Source: Adineta vaga (lineage: Eukaryota > Animalia > Rotifera). Taken from it: a DNA stretch of 64,000 nucleotides. The notes beneath the pieces were generated by a model. The model did not search any database. It was not told the origin of the DNA and saw only the letters and a list, made by a program, of their open reading frames with translations. Position 1 is the first letter of the stretch. Every line of letters begins with the position of its first letter. Positions 38,442-48,536 of the stretch are shown here, one piece after another. Where the stretch lies: contig CP075492.1 of the NCBI GenBank assembly GCA_021613535.1, forward strand, positions 18,848,001 to 18,912,000, read 5' to 3'. A program made the position numbers and the translations under genes.

Positions 38442-39746
38442 TTGAATCGATATACATATCTACACTCTCACGACATGCATATTGATCTTTATCAATCGTG
38501 GCAGCGACTACGGTTTGCTTCTCAAAATTACAACATATTTCCATCGATTCCACCCACAGAAGATGAATATGAACTACGTAATCAACGTATATCCACACGA
38601 TTATTCATCATTCTTCTCATTCTATCATTAACTATTCTTCTCCTTTACACATCATTAATTAATATTACACAATCTATCACTGTTAATTCACCAACAATGA
38701 CACACTACTTACAATTATATTCAACATATTCACAAACATTATCATGTGATTGTAAACAGATAACAATTAACAACGCAAAATTTCTTCATATAGAATATAC
38801 ACTTCATGAAATATGTAATAGTGTCTTTACTACTCAAGATTGGTTTGATTATCTTAATTATGGACGAGCAGGTATCTTCATTGTCGTCGATTTTACATAT
38901 ACCGGTGGGTTTACTTTTCAAATACTGGATACATTCTGTAAATTAAGCCTTCAAACTATTCAGAATAGCTTAACACAATTCTATTCAACTGATTATGTTA
39001 GTTCATCGGTTACATCTTCAAAACTATTTCAATATCAAATTGAATCACTTATTTCTCAATTTATTTCATCAACAACTAGCAATCTTTTATTATCAATTTT
39101 ATCAATTCGACAAATGATTCAAGCTAATGGTTTGTTCTCAGCATTAGGAACAAACTATCGACTTTATTTGCGTTATGATTCTATGGATTTATCAGTACAA
39201 ACATACAACAATTGCAGTTGCTCCACGTCAGCTAAATGTATCTATTAATCTGCAATCTACAATGGTTCTAACACAATAAAATCATTCGTTATTCCAGGTA
39301 TGTATATTGGATGTTATATTGTTGAATCAGTATTACAGTCGGATCTTCAATGTTGGTATAATCAAACATGTATAAATCAAGTTCAATCGTATTTCACTGA
39401 ATTTTCATCAATGAATGTTACAGCTCTAAATGAATCACTATTAGTTGAATTTATGGTAAATTCAACGATTGAAGATATTCTGAAGAAATTAATGGTTGAA
39501 AAATGGTCGTCATCAATAATGTATGAAAATTATTATAATGAATGTGCATCAACACAATGTCTTTATACTTATGTATCGAGGAATGGTGGTATTTCTATTA
39601 TTACAACAACCGTAGGACTAATTGGTGGTTTAATAAAAGTATTAAAATTGAATCTACCACGATTGGTTACTTTCATCGTTTTCTGTATTAGAAAGTTTAA
39701 AAGAAGACATAGACATAACCGTGTGATAGCTATCGCTCAAAACTAA
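38442..39746 (+). pseudogene. Two-TM protein with Cys-rich luminal loop, interrupted by one in-frame TAA
   Basis: ORFs 38442-39248 and 39300-39746 are in the same frame, separated only by TAA at 39246-39248. TM1 STRLFIILL..; TM2 ..VGLIGGL.. Confidence 0.75.
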
Positions 39747-40081
39747 CTTTAAATATTCATTTTGAATCAATAAAATATACTAGCAACATCATTATTATTA
39801 TTCTGAAATTAATTCGTAATCGATTTACATATATGTTTTCAAGAAATTGTACTTTATCCATTAACTGCTTATACTTTTCTTTGAAGTCAATCTTTATATT
39901 TGTTAAATATTGTATTCAAGTAACAGGAATTCATGCTTTTGTTCCTTAATAAATCTGCTTTATTCATTATCAAAATTTCGAAGATGTTTATTTTGTTTTT
40001 TCAGAGATCAAAACAAATCTCAATTTGGTACCAATTTCTACTAAATACCTGATCGCTGATATCTGGCTTTAAAGGAAATCA

Positions 40082-40140
40082 GAGGGTGTGGGTGTGGGTA
40101 TAACATATTAACACATGCGTCTCACACCCACCCACCCTCA
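40082..40140. repeat. Telomere-like palindromic element (copy between convergent genes)
   Basis: GAGGGTGTGGGTGTGGGT-ATAACATATTAACACATGCGT-CTCACACCCACCCACCCTCA. Confidence 0.9.
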
Positions 40141-40604
40141 TCCATATCGTCTTTATACATATTTTTGTCATGTATCATATAATACGGTCATTGATCTTTT
40201 TTAAAATTTATTATATCATTCCTTGAATTTATTAACTTATTCTTCATCAACTCAAACTTCTTCTTCTAAATCTACAAAATAATGAAATCAAGACAAAATG
40301 ACTTCACAAAATCAACTAAAGGTCTGAAAGAACTTAAGTCTTTGAGTAACAAAACTTATGTATATTCTTTCTAATCTCGATTTTTTTGTTCTTTATGCTT
40401 TAAAATGTAGAACTCTAATGAGTTTTTATGTTATAACAAACGCTTTGACGACTCAACAAGACAACTTAATTATGCAATTCTTTATTTATTATTTTAATTA
40501 AGCACATTAGTAATTTCTTTCAAATTACATCGGCCTAGTCGATTATTGAGAAGCAAAATGAAGCTGCTTATTTTTCGAGAGATAGTTTAGTCAATTTTCG
40601 ATTG

Positions 40605-41396
40605 TTATTTACCCAAACTACCAGCTGTATGCTGAATAACGGCTTTTTCAGCTGAATCACGAACCTTTGTCCACCAGCTTCTCTGTTGAGGTGTAAATGA
40701 TTCCATTAATTGGGTTTTGGCTTCATCGACATTATCAGGTAGAGATCGTTTTCCAAACAGGGCACCAACTCCGTAGGAAATAGCAGGGCCCTTAACGGAA
40801 TCACGAATATTTGTCCATAAGCTTCTCTGTTGAGGTGTAAATGATTCCATTAATTGAGTTTTGGCTTCATCAACATTATCAGGTAGAGATCGTTTTCCAA
40901 TCAGGGCACCAACTCCGTAGGAAATAAGAGGGCCCTTAACGGAATCACGAATCTTTGTCCACCAGCTTCTCTGTTGAGGTGTAAATGATTCAATTAATTG
41001 AGTTTTGGCTTCATCAACATTATCAGGTAGAGATCGTTTTCCAATCAGGGCACCAACTCCGTAGGAAATAAGGGGGCCCTTAACAGAATCACGAATCTTT
41101 GTCCACAAGCTTCTCTGTTGAGGCGTAAATGATTCCATTAATTGAGTTTTGGCTTCATCGACATTATCAGGTAGAGATCGTTTTCCAAACAGGGCACCAA
41201 CTCCGTAGGAAATAGCAGGGCCCTTAACGGAATCACGAATATTTGTCCACAAGCTTCTCTGTTGAGGTGTGAATGATTCGATCAATCTAGCTTGAGTATC
41301 ACGAATTTCATCATTGAGTACAGGTGTTGCTGTTGTTGTATGAATACAAGTTACAACAATTAAACATAACATAGCCATTGTAATAAAGTTACGCAT
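40605..41396 (-). CDS. Polyprotein precursor of five amidated cationic peptides (antimicrobial/toxin/neuropeptide-like)
   Basis: Signal peptide; 144-nt (48-aa) tandem repeats of acidic spacer-PQQR-SLWTxIRDSVKGPxISYGVGAL(F/I)-GKR; upstream TATA-like box at ~41470. Confidence 0.9.
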   Translation of the reverse strand: MRNFITMAMLCLIVVTCIHTTTATPVLNDEIRDTQARLIESFTPQQRSLWTNIRDSVKGPAISYGVGALFGKRSLPDNVDEAKTQLMESFTPQQRSLWTKIRDSVKGPLISYGVGALIGKRSLPDNVDEAKTQLIESFTPQQRSWWTKIRDSVKGPLISYGVGALIGKRSLPDNVDEAKTQLMESFTPQQRSLWTNIRDSVKGPAISYGVGALFGKRSLPDNVDEAKTQLMESFTPQQRSWWTKVRDSAEKAVIQHTAGSLGK

Positions 41397-42799
41397 TTTT
41401 CGTTAGCGTTAGAATCGACGATATTTTGTGAGTGAGTGAATGAATTTGACTGGACGATTTTCGTACGTTTATATAGCTTTCGTAATTCCTTTTGCTTTCG
41501 AAAAAACTGAATATTTTATTTTAGTTGAGTTGTTTTTTTATTATGTGTTGAATAAGAATAAATAATTAAAGGAAGTGTTTTGCCGAGCTATTTGCATAAA
41601 TCAATGACATGGCAAAGTAGAGCGATTAGTCGAATAATTATTTATCGAATAAATTATACGTCGAATTAGAGAATGATTTTTCAATACATTAGTGATGGTT
41701 CTGCCGCTGAAGAAGCAGTGAATGAATAATAATTCATAGACAGACGGTTAGTCGAAGAATATTTCATTTGAATATTTTTCGGCCATATAGTTGTTTTGTC
41801 AACAATTTGTGTATGTGTTGAACTAGTGTATCATACTTTATCATTGGATGAAAAACGAAAGTATAGTTTCCTCGTAAGTAGATTTTTCTGATATAAGTCC
41901 ATTGCAAATATTCTTGGAATGTATTTTTCGATATCACGTATATTACTGTTTCTATTACTTTTAAATATAACACTATATACATATAGAAATAGTAATATTC
42001 CTATGTTAGTTTTGATAATTTCGAAAGAATAAAGAAAATCGTTAAAATTGACAAAATATTGAGTAAATTCAAGAAACTAGTTTTTTTCTTTTTGACAAAT
42101 TTTGAAATATTCTGATTCTCCGATCGAGATTATTCATGTAGTTAAAAATTATTGAGTTGTATCGAACTCACAAGAATATTCACCTATTTATTATTAAAGG
42201 AAATAGTTAATTAAAAATAAACAACATCGTCGGTTCTTTTAAATGAGTTTTATATTCAATTATATCATAACTATCGTTAATACATTTCATATAAATTATT
42301 TCATGTACATATTTACTATTTGTTTATGTAACATAACACGATAAGAATATATGAAGTTAATTTTACGATAGTGCATTGTAGAACATCTGCTAATAGTCGA
42401 ATCTATGTATTATGATATGTTCTATGATTTCGATTCAACATAGAAATATATGGAAATGAATAGTTATTCTCTTATTGTCATTTCATATTCTATAATCATC
42501 AAATTTTTATCAATTTCAATTAAATTTTCACAATCATTGATACACAATTCATAGTTAATGTTTGTAGATTATCATAGAAAAAGTATATTTTCTAATAAAT
42601 CACAATCCAAATCCTATTTTCCATCGTCTTTCATTCAATAATTTTCCAAATGTAACTTCTTAAATGTCTTTATATCGAAGAAAACATTGCTTTTCGAGAG
42701 AAAATAAGTCTTTTCTTTGTTTTATCGACTTCATCAATTTAAATTTCATTTCTTTTAACATATTCAAATAAATTAATGTCTAAATATATAGAACGAAAT

Positions 42800-43700
42800 A
42801 AAGATGAGGTGTATAATCATCTATCGATTTGTATCAATTTTAGTTCATTAACTAAACAATTCTACGTTTACTCAAATTCGATATGTTTATGAAATGATAT
42901 TGTAAGAAATTCTTTCGATATGCTGCTCAAAAGTTCTACTTTCATCTCTTGGCCAACCATTAATGACATGTTCTTTGATTTCAGTATCATTTCCATAAAT
43001 TTCAACCTAAAAATTCATCAATATCTCTTTGGAAATATCGAAGTTTTAATAAAAATGCATAAAATATGTTCATAATATTTTCACTGTTCCTTTTGTGATG
43101 AAATTATTCAAAGAGAAAATTTCGATATCTTTAGTGTCATTTTGTTACTTTTCAAATTCAACATGTTTCAGAACAATCATTCTATTTCGAGATGTTGAAT
43201 ATTATGAAATCAGTTTCCTAGGGGGATTGAATTGTGTTCAATTCGGTTTATCTATCAACACAAAGACAATAAGTGATGAGGATGAAGAAAAGAATATGAT
43301 TTCATTAGGAAATTTCGGGAAAATCGAGCGGAACTTTATCTATGTATTCAGTGTATTTGGTAATTAGTTGGAACTAATTTCACATTGTTCAGCATCACAG
43401 AATCGGAAATATTCTCTTTATCTCGAATCTTCTTACGAAAATAGATGAAACTTCCATTGTTATAACAATGAAATACATCTTCACTTACTGCGTTTTCAGA
43501 CTGAAATTTCTTCAAAACTGCAATCGTTTTCTTAAACGATTCAAAAGTTGTTTTCTATCGTTGATCAATTATTGAAATACTAATCTGAAGATGTTCGATC
43601 GTTTCATTACTGACAATAAAGTCGAATTTATCAAAATGTTCAAAGAGAATCAACTTTTGTAAATATTTCATAGAAAATCCTTTGAATCGAAATCAATGTT
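42800..43700 (-). pseudogene. Decayed coding remnant of unknown family
   Basis: Protein-like fragments on the minus strand (SVMLNNVKLVPTNYQ; RFSRNFLMKSYSFLHPHHLLSLC; EHVINGWPRDESRTFEQH) broken by stops and frameshifts. Confidence 0.3.
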
Positions 43701-44201
43701 TGATCATTTTCAATCGACATTTGATCAAAATAAACAATTTCAGTGATCAAACAAATACATTTTTGTTATTTAGAAAAATCAAAAGAAATTTTTGAAGAAA
43801 ATTTCACATCGAATTTATTCTTCTTCTTCGATCGTTTCTTTTCTTTTTCAAAATCTTTCAAAATCAATTGCATTTGATTTCTCATTAAAAACACTTTGAA
43901 ATCACATTGAAAGAAACAATTATAAAAAAACGAAAGAAAATTTTTGATTGAACGAACATTATTATCATACCGAAGCATTTCTTTTACCTAATTTCATTTC
44001 AGTTTAACAAAAATCGTTTTCCACGACAAGAAAAATTCTTTGACAAAACAATTTCAGCGAAACAAATCAACTTTTCCGTTTTTTTCATCGATATTCTTTT
44101 AGAAAAAACAAAAAGATTTTCTCAATTTTATTCCGAAAAAAAAATTTTTTTCTTTTTCAAAGTCAAAATCAAATCTTTTTGTTTGAAATGCAAAGTTCAT
44201 T

Positions 44202-45975
44202 TCAATTAATTTTATCAAATCGAACAATTCGATCATTCCAACAATCTGAAACATAAAGATTTTCTTCGAAATCAAATGATAAACCAACGGGACCATTCAA
44301 TTGGTTTGATTGACTTCCTTGGCCATTTCCACCAACAACAATCGAACCTTCTTCATCTCCTTCACACCATCGCATTATTCGATCATTGTCACAATCTGCC
44401 ACATAGATTTGATTCCATTCATCAACAAACAATCCTTCAGAACAACTCAACTGATTGTGATTGTTTCCTTTACCATTTCCTCCAGCCATAACAATTCCTT
44501 CATTTGCATATTTTTTCCATTTCATCACACGATGATTCAGAGAATCTGAAACATAAAGAGATTGATCTTTATCAACAAAGATGAAAGAAGGAGAGTTGAG
44601 TTGATTTCGTTGATTTCCTTCTCCATTTCCACCTGCAACTAATATTCCTTTTTTGTTTTCATTCATCTTTTCTAAATTCCATTTTCTCACTTCATTCTTC
44701 TCTCGATCAGAAACATAAAGAAATCCATATTGATCCATTGTTAAACGAGAACAGGAAATATTTTGAATGAGAATTTGTTGTTTTTGATCTCGTGACCATC
44801 GCATCACTCGTCTGTTGTTTTGATCAGCAATAATGATTGAATGATTTTGTTGATCAACAATCACATCTGTTGGCCAATTCAATTTATCCATTCTCTCTCC
44901 TTGTCCATTTCCACCCGCAATGATTTGTCCTTGTTTTTCATCACATCTCCCTTTGACAATACGATGATTCAACTGATCAGCAACGAAAATGGATTTGTTT
45001 TCATCAACAAAGATTCCACAAGGACTAGAGAGTTGATTTAATTGACTTCCTTTCCTATTTCCTCCCGCAACAATTTTTCCATTTTGTTGAAATGTTGATT
45101 CTAGAAAATGAAGAGAAAAATGTAAAGATTTTTTAGAAGAAAGACGACTCTTCTTTTCTTTGTTTTGATTTCGCTTTGGAAGAAAGAAAAATCTATTTGT
45201 GATTTCAAAAAATAGAAATGAAATTGAAAGGTTCCTGGATTATTTCATTGAAACATTTGATTTGAGAATTCGTTTCCTTTCAGAAGCAAAATAAAGAAAC
45301 TTTACTTTTTTGCTGAATTGATGAACTTTTCGTTGTTGAATTGTTGAAATGATTTGTTGATGATAATTGCGAATTATCTAATGCAGAAAGAAAATTCAAA
45401 GAAAAGTTTTTATTGACAACTTTTCAAAACATAAAGATTCGATGATTAAATTTTTACATACTCGTTGATAAAATAACTGAAATTTCCTTAATAAATCCTT
45501 GACAATGTTCTCGGACTGAAATATTTGATGGATTATTCAGTTCTTCATTCATTTGATTTAATTTTCTTCTTAAATCCTTCAAATCAATTTCATTAAATTC
45601 ATTTTCTCGTTGAATTTCTTTGATTTGTTCACATAATTCACTTAACTTTTGTTCGATCTCTCTAGGAGATGTTTTGGAGTGTTCTAAAACACTTTGTCGA
45701 CATTTTTCAGCTGTTTGCTGAATAATTTGAATTGAATTTGTTTCCCATTGATCAATTTGTTTGATCAATGAATGATTTAGTGGATTTGGTTTTTGATCGT
45801 TGATCGTATGTCTAAATTGATCATAATCATTGATAATAAAGTTTAATTCTTGATTTAATAATTGTTGATGTTCATTGAAATCTGTTTGACAAAATTCTTT
45901 TGAACAACCTTTACATAGAATTGTAATTTTCTTATATTTCAAACATTTGAAACATTGTGTTGTGTTGTTTGCCAT
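44202..45975 (-). CDS. B-box-like/coiled-coil + NHL-repeat protein (inverted paralog of 23479-25465)
   Basis: Exon 45975-45462; phase-1 intron 45461-45101; exon 45100-44202 in frame with ORF 44972. Highly similar to 23479-25465, including the start of the 3' UTR. Confidence 0.9.
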
Positions 45976-47612
45976 AGCCGTTTGTAAGAAACAGATATTG
46001 TAAGACTAAAAATGAAAAGATCCATGTTGATGAAAATAAGAATAAAATGCTTGAAAGTCAATAATGATAAGATATGAAATATGTTGGAAAATAAAGGTGG
46101 ATGTGTCATATTTTAATATTATCTAATTCTATTCATTTTAGTTAAGAACATATACATTGATGGTTGAAAAATTATCTGAAAGAAAAGAATGTATATTCAA
46201 TCATTTTCCACATATAGACATAGCGATATGGGCAACAACCTCTAGAAAAATCTCTTTGGACCAGATATAGTCAATTTAAACGAAAGGATTGGGCGTAAGT
46301 GAAAATTAAATTCTAAAAATCGTCGATGTTTTTTTAGAGTAAAAGAAACGTTTTGTAATTATTGTTTCGAATAACTCGAGTCACATAGTCGGAATTAACA
46401 TTCTACAGGTTTTGAGCCCAAGTCCAGGTTGAGAGTGCGTCTTTTTTATCTTCATCGTTACACTCATTGACTGATTTCAACACTCTTCCATATATTTCAG
46501 TGATTTTATCTCAATAAAAATCTTTATTTTAAAAACTTTGTTGTTACAGTCTTATAAATTGAAAATTAATTCGAATATCCTTTTCTGTTCTTTTTCAAGA
46601 TTTTGAGAATTAAAAAAGAAAAAAAATCTAATAGATGATTATAACATTTTCCCTATTAGATAACTTTACGTTCATCGTTCAATCATAAACTGTGACATAG
46701 TTTATTGAATGGATGAGCAATAAAATACGATAGAGATAGACAACATCCTCTCGAACCAAACGTTTTATTAAATCATGGAATGAGTGTAGCATTTCGAAGT
46801 AAATGAAGAGCAGATTCTAACTGACGAACAATATTGTTGAAGTTCAGTAATAATCGAATCATTAAATATCAGTTGACATGATAAGTATGAAGAAAACTTT
46901 AATATCAACTTTATAAAGTAATACTATCGATATTTATGTAAACAAATCTTTCTCTCGATAAAATAATTGATATTTCAATTTTCATCAATGTACAATTTAA
47001 CTAAATTAATATCTGTTGTGATACAACTCCTCGTGTTGCTTCATCATAAGTATAGGAGGTAAAACTTCGAGAAGTACTACTTTTGAAAAAAAACATTGCC
47101 AATTAAGAATAAACGATGTATTTTTGATTTTAATGATTTCTTCTATTAACAAGATTTCTGAAAAACGATCATAACATAAATATATTCTACTAATCTACAA
47201 ACAATCAAATTCATCAAATAAACAATAATTTCTACTTTAAATTTATTAATATGTTTTAATTAATGTAATTGAAATAGTATTTAACGTATTTGAATTTTAT
47301 TCATCAATTGTTACATTTCATTTCTTTCTTTCATATTTAATCTCAATAATAATTATACGATCATTTTTTCATTCAATTGTATAAATTATAAAGAATAAAA
47401 ACAAAACTTCGTGCATCAATGACAATATTTGATATGATTTCTTCGTACTAGGAAATGAAATATATCATAAAGACAAGATACTGTGGTTATAAAGGAAACA
47501 TTTTCTATTCCATGAATTCAAATTCGTTACATTAAAAATGTTTTTTTTTATTATTAACTTTGATCAATCTTGTTTAAAAACTATTATTCAACGAAATTCA
47601 ATAAACAAATCT

Positions 47613-48059
47613 TCATACACTTTTAGCATAAAAAGACGCATTTCCTGATGGTAACTTGAAATCAACACGAATTTTATCACCTTCGTCGAGTAATGTTATT
47701 TCTAATTCACCATGATCATCTAAATCCCATACATTAACTTGTGCATTGTTTTTATTTATTTTATAAAATCCCTCGTTCATCTCCCAATGTAGTTGCCAAT
47801 AACCTCGATAATATGTACTACACTCGAAACCATCTGAACTTTTGTCACATTGTGTATTTATATCACCCATATTTATTTGAATGGTATTCACAATATTTGT
47901 TCTCGTTGCTATATTAACAACTTTCCAATCAAACCAATATTCTGTTGCCAAAAGTGACTGCGACTGCAATTTATCACCAGTGGCATATATCAGTTTGACA
48001 TTTTTCATATCATATCGAAGTCTATTTCGTACTGTTGCTGTATTTATATATGCTGACAT
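47613..48059 (-). CDS. Intronless 148-aa beta-rich hypothetical protein (tentatively PUD-1/2-like)
   Basis: Clean ATG-to-stop ORF with TATA-like TATATATAA upstream; motifs GYWQLHW and DFKLPSG. Confidence 0.65.
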   Translation of the reverse strand: MSAYINTATVRNRLRYDMKNVKLIYATGDKLQSQSLLATEYWFDWKVVNIATRTNIVNTIQINMGDINTQCDKSSDGFECSTYYRGYWQLHWEMNEGFYKINKNNAQVNVWDLDDHGELEITLLDEGDKIRVDFKLPSGNASFYAKSV

Positions 48060-48177
48060 TTCAATTTTTTTGCAAATAATACACTACAATTAAAAAAAGA
48101 ATCTGCATGGACTTTTATCAAATATTCTAAATATAGCAACGTAAAAGACTCGTTCTTTATATATATCTGGGAGAAAA

Positions 48178-48221
48178 TGTGGATGAGGGATTATTCTCTT
48201 TACCTACATTCGCATCCACAC
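48178..48221. repeat. Degenerate palindromic element
   Basis: TGTGGATGAGGG...CGCATCCACAC inverted arms. Confidence 0.45.
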
Positions 48222-48477
48222 TGTTTTATTGCAGATAAAATTCTTCCAAGTTTGAAGAAAAGAAAAAAAGGAAGACAAACGAGAAAACGAAAGAAATTAT
48301 ATGATCCAAAACTTTGACTATAATTTATAAAACTGTCATAATCAAAAGATTTCTTTTCTTTTTCTTTGGTTTGTTGGAAATTATTCATTCGAATTGAATT
48401 TATTCTATAGAAAAATATCATATATGTATAAGAGATCTTCTTCTTAACAAAATGAATTTTTTCAAAAAACAACCATC

Positions 48478-48520
48478 TTGAGGGTGTAGGTGTGAATACA
48501 GGAGACTATCACCCATCCTT
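48478..48520. repeat. Telomere-like palindromic element (copy just after a stop codon)
   Basis: (ATC)TTGAGGGTGTAGGTGTGA, spacer, TCACCCATCCT. Confidence 0.7.
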
Positions 48521-48536
48521 TTTCATTTAAAAATTG

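Noticed and set aside
28913-39248. Alternative genetic code (TAA/TAG = Gln) to explain in-frame stops
   Set aside because: Most intact genes end in TAA/TAG, the stops replace different expected residues (Arg, Trp, Gln), and frameshifts also occur.
24567-45100. Diversity-generating retroelement behind NHL variation
   Set aside because: No reverse transcriptase or template repeat is present, and changes involve non-adenine positions (e.g. CAC vs TGG).
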